A DNA stretch of 32,000 bases, from positions 60,001 to 92,000 of the forward strand of contig CAZYLT010000001.1 in NCBI GenBank assembly GCA_964648855.1. The letters run 5' to 3'. The notes under the pieces are model-generated. The model worked only from the letters and a program-made list of their open reading frames with translations, did no database searches and was not told where the DNA came from. Origin of the DNA: an uncultured archaeon. Its GTDB lineage: Archaea > Asgardarchaeota > Thorarchaeia > Thorarchaeales > Thorarchaeaceae. Shown here piece by piece: positions 8,947 through 18,470 of the stretch (within the stretch, counting starts at the first letter, position 1; the number at the start of each line of letters is the position of its first letter). Made by a program: the position numbers and the translations under genes.

Positions 8947-10791
8947 TCACATAAGAAATGATGAAAAAAGGATGAACAAGAATGCTGCAGAGCCTGCTGC
9001 AATCCCCTTCCTCTTCGCGATAGACGCAGCTTCTGCAATATCCATAGTCAGTGTGTCAAAGCCCTTCTCTCCAAAGACATGCAATTGCTCAATCACATCA
9101 AAGCCAAAGCCAACCTCTACTTCATCCATATCGTCCAGAGCATCACCCGCAGCTTCCGAGATCGCGTCAAGAATGCGGTCCGGTTTTTTTATCCCCACGG
9201 ATGGATACCCTTTGCTGGACATCGAAACGGCATTCACAACATGCGTATCGGTAGTAAGAATTTCTGAGTCAGTGAATCCCTCTCTTTGCAAGCGATTTAA
9301 CACTCTAGCTCTAAATCCTTGATGAACATTGTTCCCGTCCACGATAATGAATGCATATTTCTCGTCATCTATTTTCATTACGAGGGCGATAATGCCACCA
9401 GGGCCCATACCTTCTTTGATACTCAAGTCTCTAGGAAGTTTCTGGGAAATGCCCATAGAAACTCGTCTTTTCGAACTATCACTTAAGATATCCACAGCAT
9501 TTACTACAGCATTCGCGTACTGCTCAGCCTCAGGGTCACCAGGCATGACGGAAACAGCATCATCGCCAATCGTGTTATGTGCATCTACAATGGATACTTG
9601 ACCAATTTCCGGAGATTGGGCTCTGACTTGGTCTGCTGCATTCCTTCCTACTTCAAGTGATATATCGTCGGTGAAATGAGGAGCACTAGTGGTAACTGTG
9701 ATTGCATTTTCTCCCGATCCGAACGCCCAAGTTGTGAATTTACCCGAGCTCCCCTTTATCGGTCCGGATATCTTATCGTACACTTGGGTTTTCCTGACCA
9801 GACTATCAATAGTCTGCAGAATTCGGGGGTATTCATCTTTGCTAGCTAGGTTCTGATGATGCGTACATGTTCCATGCAAAACAAAACCTTGAACCCCAAA
9901 CTCATCGCGGATATGTTGAATGATTGTGCCGGGCAGTCCGCTACTTCCAATATCCCTGAAGGGTCCTGGATGTATGTAGAGAATAACCCCGACTGCCTTC
10001 AAGCTTCCACCAGACTTTATCACCATGGTCTCTATCGGAAGGTCCTGCGAGACAGAGATATCCATCATAATTTCTTCGAACGGTGCCGGGTTCTCAGCCA
10101 AATAGTCGTAGCCGAAAGCTCGCAGCAGCGAAGGACCATGAATGCCCAAGTCGCGCTCAAAGGGCATGCTCACCGCATTGAAAATGTACAGCACAACAAT
10201 CGCGTCAACAACAAGAATGCACATGAGAGCGAGAAACCAAAACGCAGGCAAAGCAGGTAGCACTCCCAGTATTGCGTCAATTATGAGAAAAGAAGAAATC
10301 CAGGACAAAGGAACCATCAAAGCTCCAAGGAAATTCCGTGCGACCCCATAATCACTCATGCCCGTAATCAGAAATGAACAGAGTAGAAAGGCAACACCAA
10401 GTCCCAGAAACCAGAGCTTGATTTCCAGAAATGGAGACCCCGCCAAGGAATCTTCTATTGCACCAATTGTACCCAATGAACACCAAGAGATTATTCCAAG
10501 GAATATCGTTCCAAATGTTCTCCTTGTATCCAATGGAGATCCAGGATTTCTCACAACCAAGTAAAGAAGGCCGGTTCCCACAAATGAACAGATCAGCATT
10601 AGCAATAAGTAGGACACAAACACAACAAATACATCGGAAACTGGTGAAAGAAAGAATTTCGTCGTGGCAATGATAAATGAGCTCAGCAATACCGTTAGGA
10701 AAATCCTCCCAAGTATTCCAATGAATGAGGGCAGCTGCCATACCTTCGAGTACAGGCTGATTGTTTCCTTTACTTTAGCCTTTTCGCCCAT
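8947..10791 (-). CDS. DUF2070 family archaeal membrane protein
   Basis: N-terminal multi-TM region, HPGPFRDIGSSGLP, LHGTCTHHQN, DAHN, DGNN, TTDTHVVN and a C-terminal TM. Confidence 0.85.
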   Translation of the reverse strand: MGEKAKVKETISLYSKVWQLPSFIGILGRIFLTVLLSSFIIATTKFFLSPVSDVFVVFVSYLLLMLICSFVGTGLLYLVVRNPGSPLDTRRTFGTIFLGIISWCSLGTIGAIEDSLAGSPFLEIKLWFLGLGVAFLLCSFLITGMSDYGVARNFLGALMVPLSWISSFLIIDAILGVLPALPAFWFLALMCILVVDAIVVLYIFNAVSMPFERDLGIHGPSLLRAFGYDYLAENPAPFEEIMMDISVSQDLPIETMVIKSGGSLKAVGVILYIHPGPFRDIGSSGLPGTIIQHIRDEFGVQGFVLHGTCTHHQNLASKDEYPRILQTIDSLVRKTQVYDKISGPIKGSSGKFTTWAFGSGENAITVTTSAPHFTDDISLEVGRNAADQVRAQSPEIGQVSIVDAHNTIGDDAVSVMPGDPEAEQYANAVVNAVDILSDSSKRRVSMGISQKLPRDLSIKEGMGPGGIIALVMKIDDEKYAFIIVDGNNVHQGFRARVLNRLQREGFTDSEILTTDTHVVNAVSMSSKGYPSVGIKKPDRILDAISEAAGDALDDMDEVEVGFGFDVIEQLHVFGEKGFDTLTMDIAEAASIAKRKGIAAGSAAFLFILFSSFLM

Positions 10792-10889
10792 GGAATGTCA
10801 CCGTTGGTTCTAAAATGTTCCACACCACCCGTCTTAAGAAACTTGCCACACTGTTTCCTAGCCAGATACCTGCCCCCACCTATAATTTT

Positions 10890-10930
10890 ATATCGCATTC
10901 GATATTTTCTTCTAATATCATATTCGATAT
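10890..10930. promoter_or_regulatory. Two tandem palindromic operator candidates (ATATCR-N4-CGATAT) upstream of padR, next to a TATA-like element
   Basis: ATATCG-CATT-CGATAT (10890-10905) and ATATCA-TATT-CGATAT (10915-10930), 25 bp apart. TATAATTTTATA at 10881-10892 and SD AGGAGG before ATG 10953. Confidence 0.65.
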
Positions 10931-10952
10931 TAATTCCTGAGTCTAGGAGGAA

Positions 10953-11495
10953 ATGAAAGCTATGCCAAAATCTGAAAGAGATGAATGCGATGATTTGAGA
11001 GAACCGCATTCTATTCCAAGGGGGCTCCTCCGTTTCGTCGTGATGCGCCTTCTCGAGGGCGAAGAGATGAGTGGAACAGATATCATGAATACCCTCCGTG
11101 AGAGAAGTGGTGGTAGGTGGCAACCCAGTCCGGGATCCATATATCCGATACTTTCATCGTTGGAAAAGGACGAGTATATTGAACCAAAAGAAACTGAGGG
11201 GCGTAGCAAGGCCTACATCTTAACAAGTGCCGGCAAAGAAAGACTTGACCTCATGATAGAGAAACATGGAAAGGTCAAGCACAAGGCACAGCTTGGACCT
11301 AGATTGTGGATTTCGTTATTGCACCCACACGAACGGGTCGAGTTTCTAAACTCGTTGATTGATTCCAACTTGCAGACAATCAGCGAGAATCTTGAGTACC
11401 TGACATCAAAACAGAAAGCGAAGCTCGTCAAGGAGCTTGGGGAACATAGAAAGACAATTACTGACTTGACAGAGAGACTGAGTGAAAATGAGTGA
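10953..11495 (+). CDS. PadR family transcriptional regulator
   Basis: RGLLRFVVMRLL, WQPSPGSIYPILSSLEKDEYI and YILTSAGKE. Confidence 0.92.
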   Translation: MKAMPKSERDECDDLREPHSIPRGLLRFVVMRLLEGEEMSGTDIMNTLRERSGGRWQPSPGSIYPILSSLEKDEYIEPKETEGRSKAYILTSAGKERLDLMIEKHGKVKHKAQLGPRLWISLLHPHERVEFLNSLIDSNLQTISENLEYLTSKQKAKLVKELGEHRKTITDLTERLSENE

Positions 11496-13350
11496 GATTG
11501 AATATCTAGGTGGAGAGAGAACAAACCGTAGGGGAGCTGCAAGCTATATGCTAAGCGGCTTGCTTCGAAACAAGGGAGTCACGATACTTGCCCTTATCTT
11601 GACAGTAGTATCAACTTTTTTGCTAACAGTCCCAATGGTCATTGTCGGTATTGCAATTGATGAGCTGGCAATATCCGGCCTTAGTACGCAGTTCGTAATC
11701 TATGTCTGGGAGATAGTTATCCTAACTGCATTATACATGGGTCTCTATTTTGTGGTTGGATATATCTGGGCTATTGTCACTCTTAGATGGGAACGTGACG
11801 CCAGGCAAGAATTCTTTGAGGCGTTACAAGAGTACAGCATGACATTTCATGATCAAATAGACAGCAAGAGAATCCTCTCTATTGCCATGCAAGACATTAG
11901 ATGGGTAAGATTCTCTCTGAATCCAGCACTGCGAAACCTTGCGGGGGGACTAGCTCAATTCGCGATTACTGGTGCATTCTTGGCGTCAGTTGATTTGCTG
12001 CCGTCTATGATCGGATTTCTCTCCATTGGAGGAATTTCAATACCGGGACTCACATTGACTATGGTGATTGGCGCGCCGCTATACCTTGCCTTTGCATATA
12101 GATACGCCAACGCAGTTGAGCCCATCAGAAGAAAGCGTTCTGAAGACATGGAACGGTTGACTTCTATTTCGCAAGGTGTGTTTCGTGGCATCGAAGTTGT
12201 GAGGGCGTTTGGCGCAGAGGACCGCGAGGAAGAGAAATTCCGTAAGGCAAGCGAGGAGTACAAGGAGTCTGTCGCAAGAGAGGGAAAGCTGGCAGCTTTC
12301 TACATACCAGCACTCGTGCTAACGGGCATGACCGCATTAGCTTTCTTCTACGGCGGGTTTGCCGTCATTTCAGGAGCTCTTACTGTCGGTGGGCTTATTC
12401 AAGTGCTCACCCTACTCTCAGCTCTTGTTGGGCTCAATTTCTTACTACCCAGAATGCTTCTGGTTCTTCGAGGGGGCTACGTCAATGCTCAGAGAGTAGT
12501 TGATATTTTGAATTGGGAGGACCCAATGATTGAACCTCCAGAAGAGCCTAAGGACTTCGATTGGACTGAAGATATTGTATTTGATAATGTCAGTTTCCAA
12601 TATGGAGTAGAAAATGATAACGGACACCACTATGCTCTCAAAAACATCAACTTGACAATTCCCGGAGGTTCTCGTGTAGCACTGATTGGGGGTCCTGGTG
12701 GAGGAAAGAGTACAATCCTTAAGCTACTATTAAGGCTCTATGACCCAACTGAAGGAGAAATCAGAATTGGCGACAAGCAGCTGCAGTATGCCCGTACAGA
12801 AACTGTTCGAGATGCAGTAGGCTTAGTGGAACAGGATGTCTTCTTGTTTAGGATGAGTATTCGAGAGAACATAGCGTTTGGAAACAAAAACGCGAGTCTA
12901 GAGGAGGTCAAGCAGGCAGCCAAAAGAGCGCAAGCACATGAATTCATTAAGGAACTGCCCGAGCAATACGACTCCCTGATTGGTGAGAGAGGCATGACGC
13001 TCAGCGGCGGTCAACGTCAACGCTTAGCCATAGCAAGGGCCCTAATTCAAGATCCGAAGATTCTGCTACTGGATGACTCGGTCAGTGCGGTTGATGCTCA
13101 AACAGAGTATCTACTCAGACAGGCCCTTGAGGAGGTCATGGCTGGAAGAACTAGTATCACAGTGACACAGAGACTCAGAACACTTCTGGAATCAGATTTG
13201 GTAGTAATTGTAGATAAAGGACAGCTTGTCGATGTTGGAAGCCATGATGAACTGATGAGAAAATCCGATCAATACAGGAGAATCTTTGAACGTTTACCCG
13301 GAGCACGGCAGTTGCTTGATACAATCGCTACGCAGGGAGGTGCTGCCTAA
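11488..13350 (+). CDS. ABC exporter fused TMD-NBD, degenerate half of a heterodimer (TM287-like)
   Basis: 6 TM segments, Walker A GGPGGGKST, signature LSGGQRQR, Walker B ILLLDD (catalytic E>D) and switch His replaced by Gln (VTQRL). ATG 11488 overlaps the end of padR. Confidence 0.92.
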   Translation: MSEIEYLGGERTNRRGAASYMLSGLLRNKGVTILALILTVVSTFLLTVPMVIVGIAIDELAISGLSTQFVIYVWEIVILTALYMGLYFVVGYIWAIVTLRWERDARQEFFEALQEYSMTFHDQIDSKRILSIAMQDIRWVRFSLNPALRNLAGGLAQFAITGAFLASVDLLPSMIGFLSIGGISIPGLTLTMVIGAPLYLAFAYRYANAVEPIRRKRSEDMERLTSISQGVFRGIEVVRAFGAEDREEEKFRKASEEYKESVAREGKLAAFYIPALVLTGMTALAFFYGGFAVISGALTVGGLIQVLTLLSALVGLNFLLPRMLLVLRGGYVNAQRVVDILNWEDPMIEPPEEPKDFDWTEDIVFDNVSFQYGVENDNGHHYALKNINLTIPGGSRVALIGGPGGGKSTILKLLLRLYDPTEGEIRIGDKQLQYARTETVRDAVGLVEQDVFLFRMSIRENIAFGNKNASLEEVKQAAKRAQAHEFIKELPEQYDSLIGERGMTLSGGQRQRLAIARALIQDPKILLLDDSVSAVDAQTEYLLRQALEEVMAGRTSITVTQRLRTLLESDLVVIVDKGQLVDVGSHDELMRKSDQYRRIFERLPGARQLLDTIATQGGAA

Positions 13351-15389
13351 TGGCAATGCGCAGACGACACGTGAGAGGAGAACGAGAAAGCAAGCGTTCC
13401 AGGCCTGTGTGGGTCTTACTCAGAAGAATGATAGATTATCTTGGGGAATTCAAGAGGATAGTAGCCATTGGAGCTGTATTTTCACTACTAGGAACCGCTG
13501 TCGCCGTTTTCGATCCTCTTGTGTTGAAATGGGGAATAGACGCCGTGGGTTTACAGAATACGGAACTCTCTGTTCTATTCGGGTTGGTCAGCCTATATGT
13601 ACTTCTTAAAGTCATATCATGGGCTCTAAATGGAGCAAATGTATGGATCTTAGCTGAAGCACAAGCGGGATTCACACAGACAGTTCAGTCAGATGTTTAC
13701 GATCATCTCGTGCAAGCGGATCTATCTTACCATAAATCGGCACAAAGCGGAAATGTAACCTCAAGAGTCACATCGGACACGGATAGCCTTACGATTGGAA
13801 TACAGGTCATAATCGATTTTGCAAGCCAAGCTCTCATGCTGGTGTCTACATTCCTGCTCCTCTGGTTTGTTTCGCCCACTATTGCAGTAACGTCGCTTGT
13901 CGTAGTGCCAGGAGTAGCCCTAATTGCAGTCTTATTCGGTACAGTTGGGCAGAGAATAATGCTAGAATCCCAACGGGCATATGGGCGCGTTTCGGGTCAG
14001 ATTGCGGAAAGTCTTGCAGGTGTCCATGTTGCAAAAGCATTCAACCGAGAAGATGAGTTAGCTGAAGAAATGTGTGAGCTTAATGAAGAAGCTTACCATC
14101 ATGGCTCCAAGTTCATGATTCTGATGAGTGCAATGCAGCCTCTTATGCGTGGTATTGGTCAGTTTGCAGTTGCAGCGTTACTCTTCGTGGGTGGCTCTTT
14201 GGCAGTGGGCACATTACCTCTGCTATCTGTGTCAGATGTTTTTCTAGGCATCATCCTCGTCAACAGACTCATGTGGCCGCTGCTCATTCTTACTATGATG
14301 GCATCTCAGCTCCAAGCATCTCTTGCCGCTATGGACAGAATATCTGATGTTACTGAAGCAAAGAGAGCTATTGATGACAGGCCAGATACAAAAGCACTCA
14401 AAGCGGAGAATGATGGGATATACTTTGAAGATGTCACATTCGAATATGTTGAAGACACACCGGTACTGAAAGATGTCACATTTCGGATTCAACCGGGCAA
14501 AACAGTAGCCATCGTTGGCCATACTGGAGCGGGAAAAACTACTGTTGCGGCACTCATCAATCGTTTCTATGACCCCACAAGAGGACGAATTCTAATTGGG
14601 AACCAGGACTTGAGGAATATCACGCTGGAATCCCTGCATGATAACGTATCTCTAATACCTCAAGAGCCATATTTGTTTGATGGAACTATTATTGAAAACA
14701 TTCGATACGGTAAACCAAGTGCATCTAGAAATGAAATCATTGAGCTCTGCAAGATTATCGGCGCCAATGAGTTTATTGAGGTCCTGGCTGAGGGATATGA
14801 CTCCAGAGTATATGAAAGTGGAAAGAATCTGAGTGCGGGACAACGGCAAATGATTACGATTGCACGAACTATGCTCGCAGATCCTAAGATACTGATTCTT
14901 GACGAAGCCACGAGCAGGCTAGATGCTTACAGCGAGTCTCTTGTGCAAGACGCTCAAGAGAAGCTTTTCGCGGGAAGGACAACTGTAGTGATAGCACATA
15001 GGTTGACAACAATTGCGAATGCTTCACGAATCCTTGTATTCGAAGAAGGAGAAATAATTGAACGTGGTACACACGAAGAACTCTTAGCTCAGGACGGGAA
15101 GTTCAGATCCCTCTACGAAACATATTATGTGCATCAAGGTATTGATGAACTCACAGAAGAGATTGCGAAGAGGGCAGGAGATGAAGTAGCCAAGGAAGAT
15201 GCAGGAAAGACAGTCGCATCAGGACAGAGCATGTTGACCATGGCAGGTGGTAGCGGGGAAAGCCGAAAGAAGATAGGTGACCGCCCCAAGGAGATATCTC
15301 CAGAGATTCTTGATCAGATGAAGGACAACATGGATGAATTACCACCCCACATTAGGGATGCAATCAAGGAAGATAAAGATGAAGCCTGA
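13350..15389 (+). CDS. ABC exporter fused TMD-NBD, consensus half of a heterodimer (TM288-like), with C-terminal extension
   Basis: Walker A GHTGAGKTT, signature LSAGQRQM, Walker B ILILDE and IAHRL. Coupled to the upstream gene via TAATG. Confidence 0.92.
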   Translation: MAMRRRHVRGERESKRSRPVWVLLRRMIDYLGEFKRIVAIGAVFSLLGTAVAVFDPLVLKWGIDAVGLQNTELSVLFGLVSLYVLLKVISWALNGANVWILAEAQAGFTQTVQSDVYDHLVQADLSYHKSAQSGNVTSRVTSDTDSLTIGIQVIIDFASQALMLVSTFLLLWFVSPTIAVTSLVVVPGVALIAVLFGTVGQRIMLESQRAYGRVSGQIAESLAGVHVAKAFNREDELAEEMCELNEEAYHHGSKFMILMSAMQPLMRGIGQFAVAALLFVGGSLAVGTLPLLSVSDVFLGIILVNRLMWPLLILTMMASQLQASLAAMDRISDVTEAKRAIDDRPDTKALKAENDGIYFEDVTFEYVEDTPVLKDVTFRIQPGKTVAIVGHTGAGKTTVAALINRFYDPTRGRILIGNQDLRNITLESLHDNVSLIPQEPYLFDGTIIENIRYGKPSASRNEIIELCKIIGANEFIEVLAEGYDSRVYESGKNLSAGQRQMITIARTMLADPKILILDEATSRLDAYSESLVQDAQEKLFAGRTTVVIAHRLTTIANASRILVFEEGEIIERGTHEELLAQDGKFRSLYETYYVHQGIDELTEEIAKRAGDEVAKEDAGKTVASGQSMLTMAGGSGESRKKIGDRPKEISPEILDQMKDNMDELPPHIRDAIKEDKDEA

Positions 15390-15400
15390 TTCCATAACAT

Positions 15401-16171
15401 TTACACAGAAAATTTGACTTGTCGTGAAGTAATGATAGAAGCTCCCAAGAGGATGTAAGACTCGCCAGCCAAGATGAGGTTTAGGGAATCTAGATGCGGA
15501 AAAGAGAAGAATATCCAAAATACGACACGAATCAAAAACAATAGACATCCAAATAACGCAAGCCCTATTGGCATGGCAAGAATTCCTCCGCGATAGCTCG
15601 TAAACACTAAGCCGAGCGATACTGCAATCATTGTGAGTCCAACAGCTAAGGGGATATGAGTTAATAGATTCAGAGTCGGTACAATTCTTGAAAGGATTAG
15701 ACAAGCAACTAGTGGAATGATTATAACAATCAAAGAAATGACAAAAATCAACAGCCCTAGTTTTCTTTTCTCTAGAAATTGCATGACTTCGTTCACAGCT
15801 ACAAGATAGCCAAATACACCCATCAGCCAAAGGGCAACCGCAACTATTTGGAGAATGCCTGTGGATAAATAGAAGCTAGTGCCAACTGATAATTGACTGA
15901 TGATAAGAGCAGCAGCTTCTCCTGCTGTAAAAGAGAAGAGCCCGAAGGTCAATAGAATATTCATCATATGAAATGGGTCCTCTCTAACAAGGCCATCATC
16001 ACCGAACTGAGCTAGGCCCAAAATAGCTACGCCGAAGGCCGCCAGTAGCGTAATTGTTGACATAACAATGCTCAACAGTGTGTGTTGATTGGTTAACCAG
16101 AGACCAAAACCAAGAATAGCGATAACTAATGCCCCCACAAAAAATGGCAACATCAGTCTTCTTAATTTCAT
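15401..16171 (-). CDS. Multi-pass membrane protein (about 8 TM), membrane sensor-like
   Basis: Almost entirely hydrophobic helices. The LLTFGLFSFTAGE segment resembles membrane-associated sensor domains. SD GGAGG upstream. Confidence 0.7.
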   Translation of the reverse strand: MKLRRLMLPFFVGALVIAILGFGLWLTNQHTLLSIVMSTITLLAAFGVAILGLAQFGDDGLVREDPFHMMNILLTFGLFSFTAGEAAALIISQLSVGTSFYLSTGILQIVAVALWLMGVFGYLVAVNEVMQFLEKRKLGLLIFVISLIVIIIPLVACLILSRIVPTLNLLTHIPLAVGLTMIAVSLGLVFTSYRGGILAMPIGLALFGCLLFLIRVVFWIFFSFPHLDSLNLILAGESYILLGASIITSRQVKFSV

Positions 16172-16281
16172 TTAGGTCATAAGCCTCCAAAGGCATTCTT
16201 TTCAAAGTTCTACTTTAATTCGTATATTATGATGACAGACGGAAATTCTTCCTCGAACATCCATTTCTTGACTGAGGAGAG

Positions 16282-17475
16282 CTACGCCGTCATTAGTTCC
16301 CATTCAATGCTGTACGCTGTATTCGGAAAGTTCTTTCTCAGTTGATTCCTAGACAAGGAGAGTATCTTACTTACGACAGAGGAACCTGTTAGGCTTGCCA
16401 CTCTCTTAGTAATGAATTGCATCAACGCGCGATAGCCATCTCGGAGGGCCTCTGGAGTAATATCTCCCTTGACTGCGGCAGATGAGAGGGAGCTCTTTAC
16501 CTCAACATCAACAGACTCCTCAAGACTGATGAATACTAACCATGGGTAGGCACCCTTTAGCGCCTTCTGCGATGCAAGAAATATTTCACGTGCCTTTGAA
16601 TATCCAACAATTCGCGCAGATTTTTTAAGAATACTCTGAAGGACGTGGGAATTCATTATCAATGCTGCCTGAGCCTCTGAAACGGGCTCTACAGCTCTGC
16701 GTTGAGCTAATGTGGTAATATTGTCCAAGAACCTCTTGAGGTCAGAGGTCTTGATGCGTTCTGCCACTATTGAGAGAGGAGTTTCACCATCCAAGACTGT
16801 CAGTAGTTCTGCAGACTCTTGGGACACACCATCAACAGCACGTCCAGTTCGTACAAGTGATGTGGCCTGATATATGTCGTCAGGCTTGGCCGGATTGAAA
16901 ATTGTTATTGCCGTCTCCCAGTAGGCCTTTGCAGCCAAATCCATGGCTATCTCAAGAGGCACCTCAAGGAAATCTGCTGCATCTTCAACAGTACAGGCAT
17001 CAGGAATGAGACTCAGAAATGCGACTACATCGGGGTCTTTTGTAATCATGTCCCAATTCAGTTTGGGATGGATAATGCTATCTTCAGATATTTGTTCCCG
17101 AACGAATTCTTCCCTCACCTCGTTTTCAAATCTCGAATGCACAGCCAAATCCATATCCACAAACTCAAGGATATTGAATATCTCTTCGAATCTGTCAACC
17201 AGATTCCTGAGTTTCTGCCTAATGAGTTCAGTATCCTCAGTAGCTGACACGGCGCCTAATGTCCATTTACCGAATTCCACAAGGATTTTGTAATCCGTGC
17301 CTTCGAAGGCTCGTGCTTGAGAATCTATTGACCGGGTAGCCTCATTGAAGAATGAAGTCATGGCTGAGATGAAAGAGGATATCAAGTCAGGATCGAAGAT
17401 GGATTCTGCAAATTCTTTGTGATAGAGGCATCTTCCTGAGTCCTTCTTAATGATATAGAAACTCCTTACCTTCAT
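16282..17475 (-). CDS. Longin-domain protein with C-terminal winged-helix-like domains
   Basis: N-terminal FYIIKKDSGRCLYHKEF...DPDLISSFISAMTSFF...YKILVE...IRQKLRNLVDRFEEIF is a typical longin pattern. Two later HTH-like segments (TVEDAADFLEV; LDGETPLSIVAERI). Confidence 0.75.
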   Translation of the reverse strand: MKVRSFYIIKKDSGRCLYHKEFAESIFDPDLISSFISAMTSFFNEATRSIDSQARAFEGTDYKILVEFGKWTLGAVSATEDTELIRQKLRNLVDRFEEIFNILEFVDMDLAVHSRFENEVREEFVREQISEDSIIHPKLNWDMITKDPDVVAFLSLIPDACTVEDAADFLEVPLEIAMDLAAKAYWETAITIFNPAKPDDIYQATSLVRTGRAVDGVSQESAELLTVLDGETPLSIVAERIKTSDLKRFLDNITTLAQRRAVEPVSEAQAALIMNSHVLQSILKKSARIVGYSKAREIFLASQKALKGAYPWLVFISLEESVDVEVKSSLSSAAVKGDITPEALRDGYRALMQFITKRVASLTGSSVVSKILSLSRNQLRKNFPNTAYSIEWELMTA

Positions 17476-17609
17476 CTTGATGCTCCTGATCTCTCTATAC
17501 CGCTACAATCGTGAAACCTCTTTTGAAGAGATTACCCTGATTTCTTTACTACTACATTGTCAAGTTGTGAGATAACATTTCATTAATCCTATAAGGAGCT
17601 TATGCGTGC

Positions 17610-18230
17610 ATGCCCATCATGAACGATGATGAGCACCTTGCGATGGCCTGTCCCACCTGTGGACATTTCGGGCTAACGGTTCATTCAATGATCTATAGCA
17701 TCCCATTTTTCAATGAGCTAGCCATGTTCACTATGCATTGCCCCGAATGCGGTTTTAGTCACAACGACATATTCTCTCCTGAAGACAGAGGACCGATGAG
17801 ATGGACTCTGCATGTTGACGACCCAGACCTACTTAGAGCCAGAGTTGTAAGGTCAGGCACAGGTACGGTCAGGTTCCCCGAATTTGGAATTGATATTGAA
17901 CCAGGTCCTGCAGCAGAAGCCTATATTTCGAATGTTGAGGGCGTCTTGGTCCGAACACAATCGGTTGTTGAAACTGCCACTAGGTTTGCAGATAAGGAGA
18001 AAGAAAAAGAGAAGGGGCGAGAGGTGCTGAGAATGATTGAAAGAGCCATTGAAGGGGATTTGGAGTTTACAATGGTGGTTGAGGACCCTGCAGGAGTGAG
18101 CGGCATTCTTCCCGAGGATATGAGCAAAGTGAAGAGAGAAGAACTGACTCAAGAAGAGGCTTCCGAACTGAGAGGAGCTCCTACATGGATAGATGCAGCA
18201 AGAGAGGATTATCCTCAGCGTAAGGGTTAA
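17610..18230 (+). CDS. zpr1: ZPR1 zinc-finger domain protein (archaeal single-domain type)
   Basis: CPTCG...IPFFNE...CPECGF, RVVRS, IEPGPAAEAYISNVEGVL and VEDPAGVS. Confidence 0.93.
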   Translation: MPIMNDDEHLAMACPTCGHFGLTVHSMIYSIPFFNELAMFTMHCPECGFSHNDIFSPEDRGPMRWTLHVDDPDLLRARVVRSGTGTVRFPEFGIDIEPGPAAEAYISNVEGVLVRTQSVVETATRFADKEKEKEKGREVLRMIERAIEGDLEFTMVVEDPAGVSGILPEDMSKVKREELTQEEASELRGAPTWIDAAREDYPQRKG

Positions 18231-18257
18231 AACTGCTCTAATTCGTTTCACTCATAC

Positions 18258-18334
18258 GGGCCGGTAGATTAGCCTGGTAGATCGTCTGGTTTGCATCCAG
18301 AAGGTCTCGTGTTCAAATCACGACCGGTCCACCA
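18258..18334 (+). tRNA. tRNA-Ala(UGC), intronless, CCA encoded
   Basis: Acceptor GGGCCGG/CCGGTCC with G3:U70 Ala identity pair and A73. Anticodon stem TCTGG/CCAGA with TGC at 18292-18294. T-arm TCGTG-TTCAAAT-CACGA. Confidence 0.95.
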
Positions 18335-18470
18335 TTATTCTCATAACTTACAGCCGGCAGGTGAAACGACCGCTATTCCTCAAGTTTATTATTGGAGATA
18401 ACTAGATTCTTTATTTGAAGATACGTATTCTACGTGTGTTCGCGTGAATTAGAAAGGCAAGCTGAGTATT

